Assembly: GCA_002269645.1 (NCBI GenBank) | Contig: NIVC01003057.1 | Coordinates: 1 to 64,000 of the forward strand | DNA length: 64,000 nucleotides | Direction: 5' to 3' | Origin: Macrostomum lignano | Lineage: Eukaryota | Part shown: piece after piece, positions 36,401 to 48,400 of the stretch | Layout: the number at the start of each line of letters is the position of its first letter | Position numbering within the stretch: the first letter of the stretch is position 1 | The notes under the pieces: model-generated | What the model was told of the DNA's origin: nothing | Databases searched by the model: none | The model's input: only the letters and a program-made list of their open reading frames with translations | Made by a program: the position numbers and the translations under genes

Positions 36401-39400
36401 AGCGATGTTCGCGACATCGTGAGTAGTTTCTTTTCGTTACAGGGAATTGTTTCAATCCATGATTCAAGAATAAGATTCCATTGGTCCATTGGTTTGCGTT
36501 GGGGCTTTTGGCTTTGGGCCAACTGTGCTTAGGGCCTCGGAGGTTGGCTCTCATGTTGCAGAGTGGATCATCTCTCAGATCCGGTGGGTCCCGAACCCAC
36601 TATGATCTCAAACTCCCAGCAAGCAAACTGCACTTTCCCCATGCTCGGCTTTACAGCCACTGCTTGGCCTGGCATTTGTCTTCACCCGGACAACTCAGCG
36701 AGCCATCACCACCAGCAACTACGCCAACGAGGTGAACTTCACCTACATGGACGCAAGCGACGGTCGCCTTCTTGAAGCTCTGGAAGGCTACTTGGCCTCC
36801 ATTGTGCTGCCAGGACTTGCCAACCTGACTGATTGGGGCGGTCAACTGTCTGCCTCGGCACCTGGTGGCAGCACGAGCGGCAAGGCCAAGATTGACGAAT
36901 ACCTGAACGCGCTGCAGCGTCTACTGGAGTCGCTCGCTGGCGCCAGGGCGAGCATGCAGAACCAGATTCTGCTCAGCGATCCACCAGATGAACTGGCGCA
37001 GAGGGTCCAATCGCCCGTGGATCTGCAGCTGGCTGGTGAGTCCTTGCTGTCGTGTAAAATGCATTCGTCGAGGATCAGTCAGTTAGAACTCTCTAAGGCC
37101 AGCTCAACCCACCGACGGACTGCTAGGAAGACATCGTATACTGTATGTGGCATGTACAGTTTGATGGTAGGAAGAGCTATGATTTTAACTGAATATTACC
37201 TAGTACCTGAGTTATAGTTTGGCACCAAACTCTTACATATATCAGACGCATAAAGCATATAAGGTTTCTCGTAAGTGCGATATTCTAAAAAGGTGACAAA
37301 CAATCTACCTTTTAAAAATTTCCCACTTTTCTGGCCTGCGAAATGGTAAATTAGTTAGCCAGCGAGGAAAAGGGCAAGCTCGTAAGGTGTGCACAGCGAT
37401 AGTCACAGTTAAACTTAGCGAGCCGCCTGACCCGCTAGGGAGCTTAGAGAGCACCGGTCGCGTGCAGGCCTAGCAGTCACACACGATACTTAAGCCTAGC
37501 ATCCTTCTTAGTCTACAAGCCCTTAATGTTGATCCGCAGTGCACAGCTCCGAAGCGCTTGAAAAACTGGAGAGACTGCTGCTGCACTGGGCCAAGGAGAT
37601 CGAACAGGTGCTCAACGAATCCGAGCAGGTCCGACGCGAAACAGACGACGTTGGTCCGACTGCCGAGCTGACCTTCTGGAAGGGTAGAATGGCTCGGTTC
37701 AACAAGTGAGAGAGTCGCTGGGGAGTCACCCCTGGCACAGGCAAATACCATTAGCCAGTTAATTTGCAAGATATCTCATAAAGGTGTCAGTCGACCTACA
37801 GCCGATGATAGTCCAATAAGTCACGTCTTGCAGTTGAAAGTCTTGTAAAGCCTACGGGCGGAGGGATACAATGTCACAGCTTAGCCTCAATAAACTGGTT
37901 TATTAGCCTTAGAATAGATTTTAGTAAGGGATCCTATTATAAAAATATCTTCTTTTGACTGCCCTCCGCAGCCTTATGGAGCAGATGGCCCGGCCAGAGG
38001 TGCGCAAAGTTGTCGCCATGCTGCACAACGCCAAATCGCGCACTCTACGCGTCTGGCACACCCTCGACGCTCGTATCACGGATGCCGCCAACGAGGCCAG
38101 GGACAACGTGAAGTACTTATACACCCTAGATAAGTTCTTCGGTCCATTGACAAAAAGCAACCCGGTGAAAATGCGGGAACACCTGCCGGCGCTAATTAAC
38201 GCCATCCGGATGGTGCACACAGTGTCCCGCTACTACAACACATCGGAGCGGATGACTTCTCTGTTCGTCAAAGTCACCAACCAGATGATTTTCGCATGCA
38301 AAGCGCATGTTCGCTGCGGCTCCGACGGCGGCAGCCTGTGGGACCAGCCGCGCGATCAGCTGATCGAGCGCATGCGCCACTGCCTCGACTTGAACGCCGA
38401 CTATCAGGCCGCGTTTCGGCGCGTTCGCGACCAGCTACACCAGACGCCGCAGGAGCGACAGTTTGACTTCAGCGAGAACTACATATTTGGCAAGTTCGAC
38501 ACCTTCTGCCGTCGTCTAGTGAAGATCACGGACAGTCTTCAGGTAGTGCAGAGCCTTCGCAGTCTGCTCGACATGCGAACAGAGGGCATCGAGCATCTCA
38601 TCGAAGGCTACAAGGGTCTCGGTGAAATTTTCCGCCGTCGAAAATATGACCATTGGATCACCGAGACGCGAGCTTCGACGCCGATTACGATGAGTTCAAG
38701 CAAAGCGTCGGCCAGTTGATTGCCTCTCTTACGCCTATGTGGATGAAATCTTCCGGCGGCCCATGTCGGTGCCACAGCAGCTGGCGGTGCTCGGAAGATT
38801 CGAGCGAATCGAAGGCGTTCAATTTGACTGGAGCGAGAAGCACGCTCGGATACTGCACACCTACGCCAAGGAGCTGGACACGGTGAGGCAGCTCTACCAG
38901 AGGAACAAAGACGACCCTCCGGTAGGTCGTAACCTGCCTCCGATTGCCGGAAAAATCGCCTGGTCGCGTCACCTTCTCGAGAAGGTTGAGAAGCCAATGA
39001 TGGTGTTCAAGCATCAGAAGAAGGCTATCCTGCAGCTGCCGGAAGCTAAAAAGGTTGTGCGCGACTACAATCGAACGGCGGAAGTTCTCCTGGCCTTTGA
39101 AGTTCTGTACCACCAGCAGTGGCTGGCCAGGGTGAAGCAGTTTCACGCCAGCCTGAACTCACCTCTGCTGACCAAGGACCCGGTCACGGGTAGCTTGTCG
39201 GTGAATCTGGACTCTGCTGTGACTGAGCTGCTCCGGGAGGCGGCCTACATGCAACGCTTGGGCCTGTCGGTGCCTGATCAGATTGTGCGGCTCATGTTCT
39301 GCGAGATGGGCATTCGAGAAACCTACAGAGAGTGAGTCTGTTGTTTACGTCCTTTGTAAGCGTATCGCCCACGATCCCTCCTACATGCTCCTACGAGCGT

Positions 39401-42400
39401 ATGCATCTGAATGTTCCTTGTCTGTCTGAGGAAGTTCTTAAAAAATCTAAAAGATAAAATGACCCACTTCTAGATTGGACGAAACTCTGCGAGAATTCGA
39501 CAAAGTTTGCGCCGACATTCCGGCGCCAATCCAGCCGTTGATGAAGCCGTTCAAAGAGCAAATCGGCGACACATTGGAGCCGGGGCTCGGTCAGCTTACC
39601 TGGGTGTCCAGCAAGACCAAGGAGTGTAAGTTTTGAAGGGCGTTGACTTGAGTCGTTTGTCGGTGTGATTTTTTAGATGATTTTTTAAACAGATGAATAA
39701 TTCCTGCAAGTATTGTCTTTGCAATAAAGGTATAGTTATTGGATCATCGTAATCGTTTACTACCTCAGACAATAAATTTACTGCAGACATCGAAAGCGTT
39801 CGCAGCGAGATTGCCAACTTTCGTATCGTCGCCAAACAGCTGTCGGACATGATCCAGTGCCGGGTGGAATCCCCTCTGGAGGAGATGTCGCTGACCGCTC
39901 TCATCGACCTGCCCGACGATGAGCCGGTGACGGCCGACGAGTTCGTGGCGATGACGGAGTCGACCTGCTCAGATGCGGCAGCCTATTTGACAAAGTGAGT
40001 TTCGGCTGAAACTGGAGAATATTTAATTATCTGAAAGTTCAAATCGTCAGAGGAACAATCCTTCACGACTCGATACTTATCGAAAGGAGGAGTCGCTTCA
40101 GAAGAAAAAAAATTCACAAGAACTTGGCCTCTATGGCCGAAAATTCTTGGAAAACATTTCATATGAAGCTTGAAAGAACGCTCCATTTCGATTTTTCTAC
40201 ATTACATTGTAAAACTTCTGATGAGACACCGTCCTTTGGCTGCCAGCCTATTTGACTGCTATGCCTAGGGTAAGGTTTACGTTCGGCAGTCAATTTGCGG
40301 CAGTTTTTTAGACTCATTTCTGTATTTTTTTAGTAAACGATTTACGGTAAATCACAGTACGAGTAATTCTTGAATAAAAGATAAGAAACAAATATCTCTG
40401 AAGTTTCACAATTATAAGTTGTGGAATTTTGACGTGAACACAGATTGTCATGCATGTAGTCGCTTGTAGTAACATTGCAAACAAGCAATTTCATGCTTTC
40501 AGACAAAGCCACCTAGTCGAAGCCGCAGTTGACAATGTGGTTCAGACGATTCTGGAAAGCCTGCCAGAAGGCAAGAAAATTCAGCCGGACCCCAGCCAGG
40601 CCTGGGACTGCTTGGGAGATCAGGCGGTCGCGGCTGCTTCTTCAACGACTGCTGGCGGTAGCAGTGGCTCGGGCAAGCGCCAGCGCTGTCAGGAGTGCCT
40701 GCACTGCCTCGTGTTCTCTTTCCTCAGCTACTACACCAACAGAAACACGGAGGCGCTGGTCCGCTGCACCCGGCTCAGCCTCGACAGTCTGCGGCGTCGC
40801 GCCAACCGATCCGCGCGCTCCGGACATCCGCCTGGAGGCGCCGCCGCCGGTGACGAGACGCGTCGTCGCGTGGCTGCCGTGTCGGCGAACCCATCGAATA
40901 ATGAATTGTCAACAGTGACGGCAACTCCGGGTCCGGTGTCCGGCGTTGGAGCCGGTGGTAGCAGCGGCGTTTCCACCGTCGCGACTACTTCAAGTGGTCC
41001 TCTGTTCAAGGCGGATGTGGTCCTGCAATTGCCGCGAATTGTTGCCCAGCCAACGCTGGACGAGATGCAGCAGCGGGTGAATAAAGCGATTCGCACGGCT
41101 TTAAAGATGGCAGCGGATATACCGCAGTGGCGTCACCTGGCACTGACGCAGCGTCAGCACCAGCGTAAGCTTCAAGAGGAGAGCGCCAAAGCCGAGGGTC
41201 GTGACGTTGACAAGATGACGCCCGAGGAGCTGGAAGAGCTGAAGCTGCCAGCCGGTAGCGCCATCAAGCCGCTGCATCGGATCATTGCCGATCACAAGGA
41301 TGTGGCGAAGGTTGCCTCGCAGTTGGGCTTGCTGATTGGAGGCGGGCGCAGCGCTGAAGAGCGAGGCACCTTCAAGGAGTTTTACCGATTTCAAGGCCTG
41401 TGGATTGAGGTGACTTTCTTCACCGTACGAGACATAGCATTAAAAGATGATAATACATCAGTCTAGTACCCCTTTCAGGAGATTAACGTGAGGGTGAAGG
41501 AGTACATGGACACTCAGCCGACTTTGTCAGACATGGCGGCCGTATTCAAGGATCTATTTGTGAGTGTCTACAGTAATCTAGTTAGATCCTAGGGATTGTC
41601 CTTTCTATCCTTTGCGAAAGTCTTCGTCAGTTACATTTCAGATAAGTCGCTTGCACATACACGATTAAGCTAATCAGTGCAGTAGTAGTATTTTATCTCT
41701 CTGTCTAACCCCATCACTTCACTTATTAACCATTTGGTTTTTCATTAGCTTCTGTACAAAAATAGTAAAACATCTCTGCACGTGAATACATGTAGTCGGC
41801 GCCACACGTCACGGTAGAATCCTTTTAAACAACCCTTTTCTAGGAAACGGAAGCGGAAATCATCAACCTGCCGCAAAGCTACCAGGTGGGGCCAGTTCTC
41901 TACTGCACGGAGCGGCTCAAGACCGCCCTGGCTGAAGAGTGCCGAGCCTGGCGACTGGCCTACGGCAAGGCGCTAAACGACCGGTGCGGTCGAGCTATGG
42001 GCGAAGTTCTGGAGTGGTTTGAAAATCTCAAGAAGCTTCTCGCTCGGCCCGTGCAAGATCTGGACGATGTTCGGGCCCACATGGCCGCCCTGTCTGAAGT
42101 GCGCGAGGGCGAAGTTCGCATCGACCTGACCATTGGGCCGATTGAAGAGACGTACGCTTTGCTCAGCAAGTACGAGATCTTCTTTAACGACGGCAACGCC
42201 GAGCGAGTAGACTCTCTCACGTACGAACGGTCGAATCTCAAAGAGCAGTCGCGCGGTGTCCAAGACCACCTGTTGGACATCCAGCCTAAGTTTCGCGACG
42301 ACCTACTGGCCGGTGTAGGATCTTTTCGTCGGGATCTGGCAGCTTTTGTTGCGGACTACGACTCAAAGTACGTTGCTGCTGGGGATGCTTCATCGATGGC

Positions 42401-45400
42401 CTTAACTTCTGTTAACTTCTGTACTTTCGATTGTAATTTAAAAAACCCTAATATTCATTTGAAATTCCTTTGTCGCTAGTAATACTCGTTAGTAGGCGTT
42501 GTCTCAATGAGTATCGTAGCACACGACCCGGGTTCAATGCTATTTCGGGCCAATAAATTTAAGCATGTCACACCTTGAGTCTCAGCTTAAGAATCTCTGT
42601 AAGTGCGCATGTAGGTAAAAAATGTACCAGTACATGTCTGACGTGACAATACAAAGGTTACCATCGTGCTTGTAAATCTGCTCGAAAAGCATAAATAGGG
42701 GTCAAATTAGACCCAAAATGGATGCGATGTATAAGAGAGGCGCTTTCGTTATCGCGGATCCCTCTATCGGATTGGCAATGATTATGAAATAATTGATATT
42801 CCATCCCTCTACGTCTCACTAGACTCCAGTGGGATAATATGGGATAAATGGGGATCTTTTGTCAACTTAAGGCTCCACAGAGTGCTTCAATACTCGAAAG
42901 ACAGCAAAAGCACCGCTCCACTCTGGTACATCGGTTCAATTCACACTCCGCAAGGGGCCTCGCCTCTGCGTCTATATATATTTATATATTAATGCAACAA
43001 AGCTAAGACTCTCGATTACGCTGTCAATACAATTTAGAGGCCCCAAGGAACCGGAAATCTCGCCGGAGGAGGCTTCCGACCGGTTGGCCCTATTCCAGGG
43101 TCGATTTAACGATCTTTGGCGCAAGTACGAGACGTACACCGGTGGCGAGGAGCTGTTCGGGTTGCCTGAGAGTGACTACCCTGAGCTGCAGCGAATCCGC
43201 AAGGACCTCAGCCTGTTGCAGAAGCTGTACGGCCTGTACAATCAAGTGCTGGACACCCTCAGCAGCTGGAAAGACATCACCTGGTCTGAGGTGAACATTG
43301 AGAACATTCGTCGCCAGTTGGAGGCCTTCCACGATCGCTGCCACCACCTGCCAAAAGCTCTGCGCACCTGGCAGGCTTACGTCGATCTGAGCAAAATCAT
43401 TGACGACTTTGGCGAGGTGATCCCACTGCTGGAGATGATGTCAAGCGGGGCAATGATGTCGCGACACTGGGAACGACTTGAGGCGTTGATGGATCTGCGA
43501 TTCGACGTTGAGTCGGAGAGCTTCCTGCTGCGCAGCCTTATGGAGGCGCCGTTGCTGGAGAAGAAGGACGACATTGAGGAAATCTGCTTATCCGCTGTCA
43601 AGGAGAAAGAAATCGAAGGAAAGCTCAGGTAAGTCGGGGTTTTATGCCAACAAATGCGGAGGAACTTACAAAATTACACTTTGGAAGTCATGATAGCTCG
43701 TAACCGTCAGACAGCGTCTTAATCTGTCTAATTTAACCTTCAAGATCATTCTTGAGAAAAAACTTCGCAAAAAAACTCTCACCTTCGACTTCCACAGGCA
43801 GGTCATCAGCGACTGGTCGGCCATCATTTTCCAGTTCGCTTCGTTTAAAACTCGCGGCGAATTGCTACTGAAAGCAGACTCGGCTGGCGAGCTGATCGCC
43901 GTCACTGAGGACTCGCTGATGGCGCTCGGCTCGCTGCTAAGCAACCGTTACAACGCGCCGTTTCGTTTGAAAATCCAGGAGTGGATGTCAAAACTATCGA
44001 CTACATCCGAGATTATCGACAGCTGGCAGCAGGTGCAGAATCTGTGGATCTACCTGGAGGCTGTCTTCGTCGGAGGCGACATCGCCAAGCAGCTGCCGGG
44101 CGAGGCAAAGCGGTTTAGCAACATCGACAAGAGCTGGCAGCGGGTGATGCAGCGAGCTCACGAGATCACCAACGTCGTGCAGTGCTGCACAGCCGACGAC
44201 ACGCTGTCTCAGCTGCTTCCGCATCTGCTTGAGCAGCTCGAGCTATGCAGGAAGTCGCTCACTGGCTACCTGGAGAAGAAAAGGCTGCTGTTTCCCAGGT
44301 TCTTTTTCGTGTCCGATCCGGCACTGCTGGAGATTCTTGGCCAGGCGTCCGATTCGCACGCGATTCAGGTAAGCCCCGACTCCCTTTGCATAAATTTATC
44401 CCGTTTTAAAAGTAAGACAACGCAAATAAAAATTGTACATTGCATTCAATAAACCAGGCCCACCTGAGCAACATCTTCGGCTGTCTGAAATACGCAACAT
44501 TCGACGACAAAATGTACGACCGCATCGTGTCCGTGAGCTCCCGCGAGGCCGATGCCATGCAGCTGGAGACACCCGTGATGGCGCAGGGGAACGTGGAGGC
44601 CTGGCTGGGCGAGCTGCTGCGCAGCTGCAGGGCCTCCGTGCACGCTAGCATCTGCAGCGCCTTCCGCGGAGTGAAGGTGCGAATGAATCCTCTCTGCTAG
44701 GTTTTGAGCTCTGGAAAATGGGTCGGTGAGGCAGATTCTCAGGCACTGAGGGAGAGAGGAGAGGCAGATTCTCAGGCACTGAGGGAGAGAGGAGAGGCAG
44801 ATTCTCAGGCACTGAGGGAGAGCGGAGAGGCAGATTCTCAGGCACTGAGGGAGAGCGGAGAGGCAGATTCTCAGGCACTGAGGGACAACAGAGAGGCAGA
44901 TTCTCAGGCACTGAGGGACAACAGAGAGGCAGATTCTCAGGCACTGAGGGAGAGAGGAGAGGCAGATTCTCAGGCACTGAGGGAGAGCGGAGAGGCAGAT
45001 TCGCAGGCACTGAGGGACAACAGAGAGGCAGATTCTCAGGCACTGAGGGAGAGCGGAGAGGCAGATTCTCAGGCACTGAGGGAGAGAGGAGAGGCAGATT
45101 CTCAGGCACTGAGGGAGAGCGGAGAGGCAGATTCTCAGGCACTGAGGGAGAGCGGAGAGGCAGATTCTAAAGCACTGAGGGAGAGCGGAGAGGCAGATTC
45201 TCAGGCACTGAGGGAGAGAGGAGAGGCAGATTCTCAGGCACTGAGGGAGAGCGGAGAGGCAGATTCTAAAGCACTGAGGGAGAGCGGAGAGGCAGATTCT
45301 CAAGAACTGAGGGAGAGCGGAGAGGCAGATTCTCAAGAACTGAGGGAGAGCGGAGAGGCAGATTCTCAAGCACTGAGGGAGAGCGGAGAGGCAGATTCTC

Positions 45401-48400
45401 AAGAACTGAGGGAGAGCGGAGAGGCAGATTCTCAAGCACTGGGGGAGAGCGGAGAGGCAGATTCTCAGGCACTGAGGGAGAGCGGAGAGGCAGATTCTCA
45501 GGCACTGAGGGAGAGCGGAGAGGCAGATTCTCAAGCACTGAGGGAGAGCGGAGAGGCAGATTCTCAGGCACTGAGGGAGAGCGGAGAGGCAGATTCTCAA
45601 GCACTGAGGGAGAGCGGAGAGGCAGATTCTCAGGCACTGAGGGAGAGAGGAGAGGCAGATTCTCAGGCACTGAGGGACAACAGAGAGGCAGATTCTCAGG
45701 CACTGAGGGAGAGCGGAGAGGCAGATTCTCAGGCACTGAGGGAGAGCGGAGAGGCAGATTCTCAAGCACTGAGGGACAACAGAGAGGCAGATTCTCAGGC
45801 ATTGAGGGAGAGAGGAGAGGCAGATTCTCAGGCATTGAGGGAGAGCAGAGAGGCAGATTCTCAGGCACTAAGGGAGAGCAGAGAGGCAGATTCTCAGGCA
45901 CTAAGGGAGAGCAGAGAGGCAGATTCTCAGGCACTAAGGGAGAGCAGAGAGGCAGATTCTCAGGCATTGAGGGAGAGAGGAGAGGCAGATTCTCAAGCAC
46001 TGAGGGACAACGGAGAGGCAGATTCTCAGGCACTGAGGGACAACGGAGAGGCAGATTCTCAAGCACTGAGGGACAACGGAGAGGCAGATTCCAACACCGC
46101 AACTTCTCCCTCTTGCAGGCTGCAGGCTTTCGAACCCTCGATCTCCTGTCGGCAGCGCCAGCCCAGGCCGGCCACGTGGCCCTCCAGCTGCTGTGGACCA
46201 GCCAATCGGAGGAGGCGGTGACTCAGGCCAAGTCCGACCGGAAAATCATGCAGCAGACCAGCGATCGCTTTCAGGCCATTCTGACAGACCTGATTGGCGC
46301 AACTACCTCTCAGGACCTGCCGAAATTGCAGCGCGCCAGAGCCGAGGCTCTGGTCACCTTGCAGCTGCACCTTCGAGATTCGTTTGAAGAACTACTTCGC
46401 GCCCAGGTTTGAAATAATTTTGAAAGATAAGCAGTGCTACTGTCACTTCTTATCTGGCTTGATCATTTTAGCCAATTAACCTCCGTGATTAGTGAGAATT
46501 GAGTTGTGTTCTTACCTGGAAGTGTTCCTGACCTCCTCCCCCCTAACCAGGTGAGACACATCAGCGAATTCGAATGGCAGAGGCGGATCAGATTCTACCT
46601 AAGAAACGAGTCAAGGGGTCACTGCACGATTAGCATCACGGATGTGGATTTGCCCTACATGAACGAATTCTTAGGCTGCCCAGAGAGGCTGGTGGCCACC
46701 CCTCTGACAGAGCGGTGCAGCATCGCCATGGCTCAGGCGCTCGGCATGGCCCTGGGAGCCATGCTTGCCGGGCCCACGGGAGCGGGCAAAACCGAAACTG
46801 CCAAGGATGTCGGCAGGACTCTAGGCAGATACGTGGTGCTGCTGAACTGCTCCGATCAGATAGACTATCGAGCTCTGGGACGAATTGTCAAGGTGAGCGA
46901 ATTTCTGGGTTGTAAGGATTTGCTGGTTGTTGAGCAACCAAGGACTACTAGACTATAACGAAGTGTTCCTAGTGGTCCTTGTGAGCAACATGAGTCGTTG
47001 GTGTTGGTTTTTGAGCAACGTGCTTTTTGTTGTTTGTTGAGCAACATGCTTCGTTGTTTATTGAGCAATATGTTTTTTGTTATTGAAAACGATTAAGTGA
47101 ACAGAATGATTTGTTTCACTTAATGATTTCACTTAATGAAAACATGGTTAGTGAACAGAATGATTTTATGGTTTTTGAGCCATGTTATTTGTTGTTAATT
47201 GAGCAACATGATTTGTTGTTTATTAAGCAACATGATTTGTTGTTTATTGAGCAACATGATTTGTCGTTTATTGAGCAACATGATTTGTTGTTTATTGAGC
47301 AACATGATTTGTTGTTTATTGAGCAACATGATTTGTCGTTTATTGAGCAACATGATTTGTTGTTTATTGAGCAACATGATTTGTTGTTTATTGAGCAACA
47401 TGATTTGTCGTTTATTGAGCAACATGATTTGTCGTTTATTGAGCAACATGATTTGTTGTTTATTGAGCAACATGATTTGTCGTTTATTGAGCAACATGAT
47501 TTGTTGTTTATTGAGCAACATGATTTGTTGTTTATTGAGCAACATGATTTGTCGTTTATTGAGCAACATGATTTGTTGTTTATTGAGCAACATGATTTGT
47601 CGTTTATTGAGCAACATGATTTGTCGTTTATTGAGCAACATGATTTGTTGTTTATTGAGCAACATGATTTGTCGTTTATTGAGCAACATGATTTGTCATT
47701 TATTGAGCAACATGATTTGTTGTTTATTGAGCAACATGATTTGTCGTTTATTGAGCAACATGATTTGTTGTTTATTGAGCAACATGATTTGTCGTTTATT
47801 GAGCAACATGATTTGTCGTTTATTGAGCAACATGATTTGTTGTTTATTGAGCAACATGATTTGTTGTTTATTGAGCAACATGATTTGTCGTTTATTGAGC
47901 AACATGATTTGTTGTTTATTGAGCAACATGATTTGTCGTTTTGAAATATTTTAAAATTACGAGTATATGTTATCGTTCTTCTTCTGGTCGCTCACTTCTA
48001 TGGCTCTTGTTCTACTTCAAATATCAATGTGAGAGCCAAATAACTGAGGCGGCGGATTCAACTGACTTTTCCTGATGATGCAAACACTTGATGGTAACTT
48101 ACAGACCGTTGTATTTGATGGTCACAATCTCGAGATGTTATCTTACAAAATATAACGTCTAAGATGGAATTCCAAATAAGAAGCTCGTTCGATTTAAGTC
48201 ACAAGGTGTTTCTAGTTGTTTGGGTGAACCGAAGGTTCAGTCTATTGTAAAACGTGGATTGGGTGTTGGTTTAGCTTTAGTAAGTCAATTTATCAGTTTT
48301 AGCGTTTGGGTTGAGACCCTAACTATGTCAATCAAAAATAGTCAAAGGAGGTAGGCTAGGAGAAGGGTGAAAGAGAGGCAAGGGCGAGGAGAGGCGGAAG

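Noticed and set aside
42490-42560. Second SINE or tRNA-like element (GGGTTCAATGC B-box-like)
   Set aside because: No convincing A box or cloverleaf.
44446-46221. 505-aa (+) [11 protein letters not shown] and 439-aa (-) [11 protein letters not shown] repeat ORFs
   Set aside because: A 33-bp stop-free unit is open on both strands by construction. It lies between a clear donor (44677) and acceptor (46118) of the dynein gene.
47111-47954. Long repeat ORFs ([24 protein letters not shown])
   Set aside because: 24-bp intronic array open in several frames; no coding evidence.
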